In this document: positions 40,678 through 48,202 of the stretch, in pieces
Numbering within the stretch: the stretch's first letter is position 1
How the letters are laid out: each line of letters opens with the position of its first letter
DNA from: Dehalococcoidia bacterium
GTDB taxonomy: Bacteria; Chloroflexota; Dehalococcoidia; Lucifugimonadales; CAJWER01
Reading direction: 5' to 3'
Assembly: GCA_963666125.1 (NCBI GenBank)
Contig: OY762633.1
Coordinates: 1,139,249-1,203,248 of the forward strand
DNA length: 64,000 bases
The notes under the pieces: model-generated
Told to the model about the DNA's origin: nothing
Databases searched by the model: none
Seen by the model: only the letters and a program-made list of their open reading frames with translations
Made by a program: the position numbers and the translations under genes

Positions 40678-41004
40678 ATGAACTCACAGGTATCGATCCC
40701 AAGAGACGCCCTCCCGGGCTTCTGCCGGAAGCACGGGATACGGCGTCTGTCGGTCTTCGGCTCGGCGCTGCGGGAGGACTTCGGGCCGGAGAGCGACGTG
40801 GACGTGCTGGTGGAGTTCGAGGAGGGACGGACTCCCGGCCTGTTTGGCCTTGCCGCCATGGAGCTGGAGTTGTCCGCGCTTTTCTCGGGGCGCAAGGTCG
40901 ATCTGCGAACTCCCGAGGACCTGAGCCGCTACTTCAGGCAAGAGGTGCTGGACACGGCGGAGGTGCAGTACAGTGCTATCTTGGGCGGGCCAGCCGATGA
41001 ATGA
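40678..41004 (+). CDS. Minimal nucleotidyltransferase (MntA-like, pol-beta superfamily)
   Basis: FGSALREDFGPESDVDVLVEF (GS...DxD NTase motif) and GRKVDLRTPEDL. This family is normally paired with a HEPN/DUF86 toxin. Confidence 0.8.
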   Translation: MNSQVSIPRDALPGFCRKHGIRRLSVFGSALREDFGPESDVDVLVEFEEGRTPGLFGLAAMELELSALFSGRKVDLRTPEDLSRYFRQEVLDTAEVQYSAILGGPADE

Positions 41005-41659
41005 GCGCGTGTACGTATTCCTGGACGAGTCGGGGAACCTAGACTTCAGTCCCAGTGGGACCCGCTACTTTGTTTTGACCAGCGTGAGCATGAAGCGGCC
41101 ATTCCAGATGAACGACGCGCTGGACGGTTACAAGTATGACTGCATCGAGTACGGTTTGGAGCAGGAGCATTTCCACTGCGCCAATGACAACACGCATGTA
41201 CGCAACAGGGTTTTCGGCCTGATACAACACCGACTCGACGGCATGGAGATCGACAGTCTACGTGTGGAGAAAGCCAAGACCAGCCCTGCCCTAACGGTCG
41301 AGAGTCGTTTCTACCCGGAAATGCTTGGCTATCTTCTCAAGTACGTCCTAGCGAGACCGTCTCATGCCCAGTCCCAGGAGATCATCATCATCACGGACAC
41401 CATCCCGCTGCAAAAGCGGCGCCGTGCCATCGAAAAGGTCATCAAGTCCACTTTGGCGAATATGCTGCCCAAGGGCTCACGGTACCGGATCCTGCACCAC
41501 GATTCCCGCTCCCACTGCGGCCTGCAGGTCGCGGACTACTGCTGTTGGGCGGTCTTCAGGAAGCATGAGAAAGGGGATAGCGCCTACTTCGACCTCATTG
41601 GGCCTGCAGTGCGCAGCGATTTCGATATCTTCCGAACCGGAACGACGTACTACTACTGA
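40997..41659 (+). CDS. DUF3800 domain protein
   Basis: N-terminal VYVFLDESGN and C-terminal GLQVADYCCWAV, both DUF3800 hallmarks. ATG 40997 overlaps the MNT stop (ATGAATGA). Confidence 0.7.
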   Translation: MNERVYVFLDESGNLDFSPSGTRYFVLTSVSMKRPFQMNDALDGYKYDCIEYGLEQEHFHCANDNTHVRNRVFGLIQHRLDGMEIDSLRVEKAKTSPALTVESRFYPEMLGYLLKYVLARPSHAQSQEIIIITDTIPLQKRRRAIEKVIKSTLANMLPKGSRYRILHHDSRSHCGLQVADYCCWAVFRKHEKGDSAYFDLIGPAVRSDFDIFRTGTTYYY

Positions 41660-41681
41660 TGCCCGCCGGGAAACAAAACGA

Positions 41682-41738
41682 CCCCCCCAACTACTCCGTC
41701 TCCGGAGAGAGCCCCTTGGGCTCTTGTCATCGGGGGGG
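41682..41738 (+). terminator. Nested GC hairpin structure downstream of the DUF3800 gene
   Basis: C7 (41682-41688) can pair with G7 (41732-41738), enclosing AGAGCCC-CTT-GGGCTCT (41708-41724). Confidence 0.3.
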
Positions 41739-41787
41739 AACCTTTGACCGAATGATAGCAAGCCGTCCGTTGGCTGTCAAACGATTC

Positions 41788-41793
41788 TATAAT
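41788..41793 (+). promoter_or_regulatory. Consensus -10 hexamer TATAAT upstream of the AlbA_2 regulator gene
   Basis: TATAAT ends 10 nt before ATG 41804. It overlaps the first in-frame ATG (41792), which argues for the downstream start. Confidence 0.3.
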
Positions 41794-41803
41794 GGATTCG
41801 CCA

Positions 41804-43207
41804 ATGAAATCCGATGAGATAGAGGCCCTGGTCGCCTCCGGCGAGTCTGAGACGCTGGAGCTCAAGGCCACTACCGGGACGCGCCGGGAGGCGGCGATGA
41901 CGGTGTGCGCCTTCCTGAACCAGCGCGGCGGGCAGGTGCTGTTCGGCGTGAGGCCGGACGGGGTCGTGGCTGGCCAGCAGGTCGGCGAGCGCACCATCGA
42001 GGAGCTGAGCGCCGAGCTTGGGCGAATCGACCCTCCGGCGTTCCCGACGGTGGAGCGGATCCCGGTGAGCGGCGACCGCGAGGTGATCGTGGTGACCGCA
42101 ACCCAGGGCACGTCGAGGCCGTACACCTACCGGGGCAGCGCCTACCGGCGGGTGGGGAACACGACGGTGGCAATGTCGTCCGACGAGTACAACCGGATGC
42201 TGTTCGAGCGGATGCACAGCGAGCAGCGCTGGGAGAACCGGCCCGCCGACGGGTGGTCGGTCGACGACCTGGACGCGGCGGAGATCCGCCGCACGGTCGC
42301 TGAGGCGGTCCGCCGGGGGCGGCTCGAGGAGCCCGTGAGCGGGGAGCCGCCGGACCTGCTGCGCGGGCTGGGCCTCCTGCGAGACGGGGTGCTGCTCCGG
42401 GCGGCCGCGGTGCTGTTCGGCAGTGCGGAGCGGCTGGAGTTCGAGATGCCCCAGTGCCTGCTCCGCGTCGCCCGTTTTCGCGGGGCCGACCGGATGGAGT
42501 TCCTGGACAATCGCCAGTTCACGGGCAACGCCTTCACGCTCCTGGCGAACGCGGAGCGCTTCCTGCGCGACACCCTGCCCATCGCCGGGCGGTTCGAGGC
42601 GAACCGATTCGAGCGGATCGACGAGCCGCTGTACCCGCCCCTGGCCACGCGCGAGGCGCTGGCGAATGCCCTGTGCCACCGGGACTACTCCATCGGGGGC
42701 GGCTCGGTGGGCATAGCGGTCTACGACGACCGCCTGGAGGTCACGTCCTCGGGGTCGCTGCACTTCGGCCTGACGCCGGAGAAGCTGTTCGTCCCCCACG
42801 AGTCGCGGCCCTGGAACCCGCTGATCGCCCGCACCTTCTACCGGCGCGGGATTATCGAGGAGTGGGGGAGCGGGACGCTGAAGATGGCGGACCTGTCGAG
42901 CAGCGCCGGGCTTCCGGTCCCGGAGATCGAGGACGACGGCGGGGCGGTGACCGTGCGCTTCCGGCACGGCGTGCCGGTCCCGGAGCGGCCCAACCGCGCG
43001 CCCAGTCCCGCCGAGCGGCGGGAGATGATACTCGCGCTGCTGGACGGCGCGGAGGAGGGACTGCCGAGGCGAGAGATTCACGCACGCTTGGGTTCCGGAG
43101 TTAGCGAGCGCCAGGTGCGAAGGACGCTGGAGGAGTTGAGAGAGCGCGGACTGGCCATGTCTACGAATCGCGGGACGCTGACGCGCTGGCGGCACATTGG
43201 GGCATGA
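41804..43207 (+). CDS. AlbA_2 (Schlafen-like) domain protein with HATPase_c_4-like domain and C-terminal winged-helix
   Basis: ESETLELK...VCAFLNQRGG, ALANALCHRDY...SRPWNPLIARTF, and a C-terminal ILALLDGAEEGLPRREIHARLG..SERQVRRTLEELRERG wHTH. Confidence 0.75.
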   Translation: MKSDEIEALVASGESETLELKATTGTRREAAMTVCAFLNQRGGQVLFGVRPDGVVAGQQVGERTIEELSAELGRIDPPAFPTVERIPVSGDREVIVVTATQGTSRPYTYRGSAYRRVGNTTVAMSSDEYNRMLFERMHSEQRWENRPADGWSVDDLDAAEIRRTVAEAVRRGRLEEPVSGEPPDLLRGLGLLRDGVLLRAAAVLFGSAERLEFEMPQCLLRVARFRGADRMEFLDNRQFTGNAFTLLANAERFLRDTLPIAGRFEANRFERIDEPLYPPLATREALANALCHRDYSIGGGSVGIAVYDDRLEVTSSGSLHFGLTPEKLFVPHESRPWNPLIARTFYRRGIIEEWGSGTLKMADLSSSAGLPVPEIEDDGGAVTVRFRHGVPVPERPNRAPSPAERREMILALLDGAEEGLPRREIHARLGSGVSERQVRRTLEELRERGLAMSTNRGTLTRWRHIGA

Positions 43208-43316
43208 TAGCGGCACGATACTGGCACGATAGGGGCGCGATAGGGGCGCGGTAGGGGCGCGGTAGGGGCGCGATAGGGGCGCGATAGGCGATACTGGCAC
43301 GATGGCGGCGCGTAGG
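43206..43316. repeat. Tandem degenerate 11-bp repeat array, block 1 (about 10 units, GATAGGGGCGC consensus)
   Basis: Units: GATAGCGGCAC GATACTGGCAC GATAGGGGCGC GATAGGGGCGC GGTAGGGGCGC GGTAGGGGCGC GATAGGGGCGC GATAGGC GATACTGGCAC GATGGCGGCGC. The array starts inside the stop codon of the upstream gene. Confidence 0.9.
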
Positions 43317-43351
43317 AGTGGCGAGTGAGACCCCTCGGGGCCTAAGGGGGT

Positions 43352-43493
43352 CTATAGGGGGCCTATGGGGGCGTTATGGGGGCGCGATACCGGCGCGATG
43401 GGTGCGCGATACTGCGCGATAGGGGCGCGATGGGTGCGCGATACTGCGCGATAGGGGCGAGGTAGGGGCGTTATGGGGGCGATATAAGGGGCG
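43352..43493. repeat. Tandem degenerate 11-bp repeat array, block 2 (about 13 units) with a 32-bp higher-order duplication
   Basis: CGATGGGTGCG-CGATACTGCG-CGATAGGGGCG occurs at 43396-43427 and again at 43428-43459. The array ends 3 nt before the hsdR ATG. Confidence 0.9.
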
Positions 43494-43496
43494 TCC

Positions 43497-46490
43497 ATGA
43501 CTGAGCTCAGGATTACCGAAGCAGGCTCCGTCCAGTTCCCGATGGTCCGCCACGCGGCGGAGGTCGGCTGGACGCCGCTGTCGCCATCGAACGCCCTCGC
43601 CATGCGAGGGGGCGAGGCCGGGCTGCTGTTTCGCGGCGTGCTGGAAGGGGCGCTGCGACGCTTCAACCCCTGGCTGACGGACGATGCCGTCCGCTCGGTG
43701 GTCGAGAACATCCAGGCGCTCCCGCCGACGGTCGAGGGCAACCGCCGGATGCTGGCCTGGCTGCGGGGCGAGCGGCAGTGGTACGACGAGGCCGAGAACC
43801 GCCAACGGCAGGTCCGGCTCATCGACTTCGACGAACCGGGCGCCAACGTCCTGCACGTGACCTGGGAGTGGCGGCTCAAGCCGCCCGCCCGCAAGGGCAA
43901 CCGAGCCGACGTGATGTTCGTGGTCAACGGCGTGCCGGCCGCCATCGTCGAGCACAAGAACCCGACGGACGCCGACGCCATAGAGCGGGGCGTCACGCAG
44001 CTGCGCCGCTACGAGGTCGAGACGCCGGAGCTGATGGGAGCGGCCCAGCTCTTCAACGTGACCCACCTGCTCGACTACTGGTACGGCGTCACCTGGAACC
44101 TGTCGCGCCGCTACATGGCGCGGTGGAAGGAGAGCCCGGAGGAGAGCTACCGGTTCGCCGTCCAGTCCTTCTTCGAGCCGACGGACTTCCTGCGCACCCT
44201 GCGCGACTGGATCCTCTTCTACGTGGAGGACGGCGAGACGCGGAAGACCGTGCTGCGCCAGCACCAGCGCCGCGCGGTGGACCGCATCGTCGAGCGGTGC
44301 GCCGAGACCGTGAAACGCCGAGGGCTCGTCTGGCACACCCAGGGGGCCGGCAAGACTTTTACCCTGCTCACCGCCGCCCGGCTGGTCCTGGAGGCCAGGG
44401 AGGAATTCGGCAACCCGACGGTAGTCGTCGTAGTGGACCGCACGGAGCTGGAGGGCCAGCTTGCGGGCTGGGTCGAGCGGCTGCTCGGGGAGATGCAGCA
44501 GCAGGACATCGACGTCCAGCGCGCCGGCTCGAAGGAAGAGCTGCGGGGAATGCTGGCCGCCGACAGGAGAGGGCTGATCATCTCGATGATCCACAAGTTC
44601 GAGGGCATCGAGAAGGACGCCAACCCCCGGGACAACATCTACGTGTTCATCGACGAGGCCCACCGCTCCGTGGCCAGGGAGCTTGGGACGTACCTGATGG
44701 CCGCGCTGCCCAACTCGACCATCGTCGGGTTCACCGGCACGCCCATCGCGCGAACGGAGCACGGGGAGGGGACATTCAAGATATTCGGGGCCGACGACGA
44801 GCAGGGCTACCTGGACAAGTACTCGATAGCCGAGTCCATCGAGGACGAGACGACGCTGCCGATCCGGCACACGATGGCGCCCAGCGAGATGAGGGTGCCG
44901 GCGGAGCAGCTCGACCGGGAGTTCTTCGCCCTGGCGGAGATGGAGGGCGTCACCGACGTCGACGAGCTCAACCGCGTGCTGGACCGGGCCGTGGGCCTGC
45001 GCACCTTTCTCTCAGCCGACGACAGGATCGAGAAGGTCGCGGCGTTCGTAGCCAGGCACTTGCAGGATAACGTGCTGCCCCTCGGCTACAAGGCGTTCCT
45101 GGTAGCGGTCAACCGGGAGGCCTGCGCCAAGTACAAGCGGGCGCTGGACAAGCTGCTGCCCCCCGAGTGGACCGTGCCCGTGTACTCGGAGAACACCAAC
45201 GACGTTGTTGAGAGGCCCCTCGTCGCCGAGCTTCAGCTTTCTGAGGAGCGGGAGAAGGACGTCCGCCTGACGTTCAAGAAGGCGAGCGAGGACCCGAAGC
45301 TGCTCATCGTCACCGACAAGCTGCTGACCGGCTTCGACGCGCCGCTGCTGTACTGCATGTACCTGGACAAGCCGATGCGCGACCACGTCCTCCTGCAGGC
45401 GATTGCGCGAGTGAACCGGCCGTACGTGGACGCGAAGGGAATCGGCAAGCCCATCGGCCTCGTCGTGGACTTCGTGGGCGTGCTGCGGGACCTGAGGAAG
45501 GCGCTGCAGTTCGACTCGTCCGACGTGAGCGGCGTGATCGAGGACCTCGAGCTGCTGATGCGCGACTTCCACGACAAGATTGCCGAGGCGAAGGCAAGAT
45601 ACCTGGACAACGCGACCGGCGGCGGAGTGGCCGAGACGCGGGCAGCCTATGCCGCCGCCGGAGGAGGCGCGGACGAGCGATTGGAGCAGGTCGTGTACAC
45701 GCGGTTTCTCGATCCCGATGCTCGCAAGGGGTTCTTCGAGGCGTACAAGGACATCGAGGCGTTGTGGGAGATACTCTCGCCATCCTCGGAGCTGCGCGAC
45801 CACATCGACACTTTCAGGCGTCTAACCCGTCTCTACGCCGTCGTCCGCAATGCCTACGCCGACCGTCCCGACTTCGTGGCGGATCTGGCGCACAAGACCC
45901 AGCGTCTCGTTGAAGAGTCGGCTACGATACACGGCCTGGGCAACCTCACCAAGGCAGTGAACTTCGACCTGCGCACCCTCACCGCTCTGCGGAACGAGTC
46001 GGGGCCGGACGAGGCCAAGGTGTTCAACCTGGTGCGCGGCCTCCAGGCGGAGGTGGAGAGCGAGCCGGAGCTGGAGTCCGTACTACGGCCTCTCAAGGAA
46101 CGCGCGGAGTCCGTGCTGAAGGGCCTCGAAGAGCGCACGACAACCGGGCTCGCGGCGATGGACATACTGGAGGCCCTCGCCAGGGAGAAGGAGGCTGCCG
46201 TCGCCGCCGCGAGGGACAGCACGCTGTCACCCAGGGCGTTCGGGGTGTACTGGACGCTGAAGGACGACCCCGCACTCGAAGCGGCCGGGGTGAGCGCAAC
46301 GGAGTTCGCGGAGGAGGCCCAGGCACTCGTGGACCGCTTTCCCAACGCCGCCGTCAACGCCGACGAGCAGCGACGGCTAAGGACTTCGCTGTACAACCCG
46401 TTGCTGAGGGTGGAAGGCGGCGAGCGGGGCCGGATCGTGGACCAGACCCTGGCGATACTGCTGGGCGGAGACGCCGATGCCGAGGCATGA
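43497..46490 (+). CDS. hsdR: Type I restriction enzyme R subunit
   Basis: HsdR_N nuclease region ([18 protein letters not shown]), helicase motif I TQGAGKT, motif [10 protein letters not shown], and later SF2 motifs. 997 aa. Confidence 0.93.
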   Translation: MTELRITEAGSVQFPMVRHAAEVGWTPLSPSNALAMRGGEAGLLFRGVLEGALRRFNPWLTDDAVRSVVENIQALPPTVEGNRRMLAWLRGERQWYDEAENRQRQVRLIDFDEPGANVLHVTWEWRLKPPARKGNRADVMFVVNGVPAAIVEHKNPTDADAIERGVTQLRRYEVETPELMGAAQLFNVTHLLDYWYGVTWNLSRRYMARWKESPEESYRFAVQSFFEPTDFLRTLRDWILFYVEDGETRKTVLRQHQRRAVDRIVERCAETVKRRGLVWHTQGAGKTFTLLTAARLVLEAREEFGNPTVVVVVDRTELEGQLAGWVERLLGEMQQQDIDVQRAGSKEELRGMLAADRRGLIISMIHKFEGIEKDANPRDNIYVFIDEAHRSVARELGTYLMAALPNSTIVGFTGTPIARTEHGEGTFKIFGADDEQGYLDKYSIAESIEDETTLPIRHTMAPSEMRVPAEQLDREFFALAEMEGVTDVDELNRVLDRAVGLRTFLSADDRIEKVAAFVARHLQDNVLPLGYKAFLVAVNREACAKYKRALDKLLPPEWTVPVYSENTNDVVERPLVAELQLSEEREKDVRLTFKKASEDPKLLIVTDKLLTGFDAPLLYCMYLDKPMRDHVLLQAIARVNRPYVDAKGIGKPIGLVVDFVGVLRDLRKALQFDSSDVSGVIEDLELLMRDFHDKIAEAKARYLDNATGGGVAETRAAYAAAGGGADERLEQVVYTRFLDPDARKGFFEAYKDIEALWEILSPSSELRDHIDTFRRLTRLYAVVRNAYADRPDFVADLAHKTQRLVEESATIHGLGNLTKAVNFDLRTLTALRNESGPDEAKVFNLVRGLQAEVESEPELESVLRPLKERAESVLKGLEERTTTGLAAMDILEALAREKEAAVAAARDSTLSPRAFGVYWTLKDDPALEAAGVSATEFAEEAQALVDRFPNAAVNADEQRRLRTSLYNPLLRVEGGERGRIVDQTLAILLGGDADAEA

Positions 46491-46791
46491 CGACAGGTCC
46501 GGGGGCCTGCGACAGCGAGTGGAGTGCTGGGCAGAGCGCCTCCACGTCCCAGCGCCGCGCGTGCGAGTCCGGGACATGACCCGAAAGTGGGGTTCCTGCT
46601 CGACGGCCGGCACGATCACCCTTGCGACCGACCTGGGCAGCCAGGCCGTCGAGTTCCAGGACTTCGTTATCGCTCACGAGCTGCTGCACCTGCGGGTCCC
46701 GAACCACGGGAAGCTCTTCAAGGCTCTGATGAGTGCTCATGTCCCTGATTGGAGAAAGCACGACATCAGAAGAAAGATATCACCTGTATAA
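46477..46791 (+). CDS. Short DUF45/YgjP-like zinc metallopeptidase-fold protein
   Basis: [14 protein letters not shown] and [12 protein letters not shown] (HExxH). Overlaps the hsdR end by 14 nt. It is shorter than the typical roughly 230-aa family members as I recall them. Confidence 0.65.
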   Translation: MPRHDDRSGGLRQRVECWAERLHVPAPRVRVRDMTRKWGSCSTAGTITLATDLGSQAVEFQDFVIAHELLHLRVPNHGKLFKALMSAHVPDWRKHDIRRKISPV

Positions 46792-46801
46792 TCATAGATT
46801 C

Positions 46802-48202
46802 ATGCTGCTCACCATTTCCACGACATACCAGCCTGCTACGGATATTGGGTTCCTGTTGCACAAGAACCCGCTACGATTCCAGTCGTTCGACCTCCCGTTC
46901 GGGCGGGCGGATGTCTTGTACCCGGAAGCAGACGGCCATCGCTGCACGGCGGCGCTCCTGCTGAGCATCGATCCGGTGGGTCTTGTACGGTCGAAGCCCG
47001 GTGCCCCCGGTGCCGGGGACTGGCTTGGGCAATACGTGAACGACCGTCCCTACGTGGCGTCGTCACACCTGAGCGTGGCGATCTCCTCGGTATTCGGCAG
47101 CGCGCTCGCGGGGAAAAGCAGGGACCGGCCGGACCTCGCGGAAACGGCCATCCCGCTGGAAGCACATCTCCCCGTGGCGCCATCCCGTGAAGGTGCCGAC
47201 CTCATCAGGAGGTTGTTCGAGCCGCTTGGCTACAGCGTCGAGGTCGAGGAGCTCCGGCTGGATGAGCGTTTCCCCGAGTGGGGCGCCAGCCCATACTTCG
47301 GCGTGCGCCTCGCGTCGACGGCCCGGCTCCGCGACCTGCTCGCCCACCTGTACGTGCTGCTGCCCGTCCTCGACGACGAAAAGCACTACTGGATCAGCGA
47401 CGACGAGGTGGCCAAGCTGCTGCGCTTCGGCGAGGGGTGGCTGGCCAGCCATCCGCTGCGAACCCTCATATCCAGGCGATACCTGAAGCACCAGCGCAGC
47501 CTCGTCGACCAGGCGCTGGTCCAACTGCTCGACGCCGGGCCGGCCGACCCAGGCGCCGCTGCCACGCGGCACGAACGGGAAGAGGAGCAGCTCGAAGCCA
47601 CCCTTCGACTGGGTGAGCAGCGTACGCGGGCAGTGCTGGCCGCGCTCCGCGACGCCGGCGCTTCCAGGGTGCTCGATCTCGGGTGCGGCGAGGGCAGGCT
47701 GATCGGGGGACTGCTCGAGGAGCCTTCGATCCGGTCGATAACCGGCCTCGACGTCTCACACCGGGCGCTGGAAACGGCGCGCAGGCGTTTGCGCCTCGAT
47801 AGGCTGCCCACCCAGCAGCGGGACCGCGTCACCCTGCTGCACGGCTCCCTCACCTACACGGACGGACGGCTCTCGGGCCACGACGCCGCGGTGGCCATGG
47901 AGGTGATCGAGCACATAGACCCGACGCGGCTCGACGCCTTCGAGGAGGCCGTATTCGGGACCGCGAAACCCGACAGTGTCATCGTCACCACGCCCAATGC
48001 GGAGTACAACGTGCTATTCGAGGGGCTGCCCGACGGGGCGTTCAGGCACGGGGACCACCGCTTCGAGTGGACGCGGGGGGAATTCCAGGACTGGTCGAGC
48101 CGGGTCGCGGACCGGCGCAAGTGCGACGTACGCTTCCAGGGCATCGGCCCGGCCCATCCCGCCCATGGCGCACCGACCCAGATGGCCGTCTTTACCCGAT
48201 GA
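46802..48202 (+). CDS. hen1: 3'-terminal RNA ribose 2'-O-methyltransferase Hen1 (bacterial RNA repair)
   Basis: N-terminal MLLTISTTYQPATDIGFLLHKNP (Pnkp-ligase-activating domain) and a C-terminal SAM MTase with VLDLGCGEGRL and MEVIEHID. Confidence 0.88.
   Translation: MLLTISTTYQPATDIGFLLHKNPLRFQSFDLPFGRADVLYPEADGHRCTAALLLSIDPVGLVRSKPGAPGAGDWLGQYVNDRPYVASSHLSVAISSVFGSALAGKSRDRPDLAETAIPLEAHLPVAPSREGADLIRRLFEPLGYSVEVEELRLDERFPEWGASPYFGVRLASTARLRDLLAHLYVLLPVLDDEKHYWISDDEVAKLLRFGEGWLASHPLRTLISRRYLKHQRSLVDQALVQLLDAGPADPGAAATRHEREEEQLEATLRLGEQRTRAVLAALRDAGASRVLDLGCGEGRLIGGLLEEPSIRSITGLDVSHRALETARRRLRLDRLPTQQRDRVTLLHGSLTYTDGRLSGHDAAVAMEVIEHIDPTRLDAFEEAVFGTAKPDSVIVTTPNAEYNVLFEGLPDGAFRHGDHRFEWTRGEFQDWSSRVADRRKCDVRFQGIGPAHPAHGAPTQMAVFTR

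Noticed and set aside
41190-41225. Rx6H string (RVFGLIQH) in the DUF3800 protein as a hidden HEPN RNase motif.
   Set aside because: The pattern is too loose to be meaningful. The flanking sequence does not resemble the RNxxxH..Y context of DUF86/HEPN toxins, and the protein otherwise matches DUF3800 hallmarks.
43206-43493. Possible CRISPR array.
   Set aside because: The repeat unit is only about 11 bp, and the units are directly tandem with no unique spacers. There is no leader/repeat/spacer architecture and no cas genes in the window.
41777-44870. Minus-strand ORFs 41777-43300 (507 aa), 43352-43996 and 43374-44870 (498 aa), whose ends translate into peptide repeats (PIAPLSRPYRAP...).
   Set aside because: They are antisense to the AlbA_2 regulator and hsdR genes. 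The apparent peptide repeats are simply the 11-bp DNA repeat read in shifting frames: 11 is not a multiple of 3, so no stable repeat protein is encoded.
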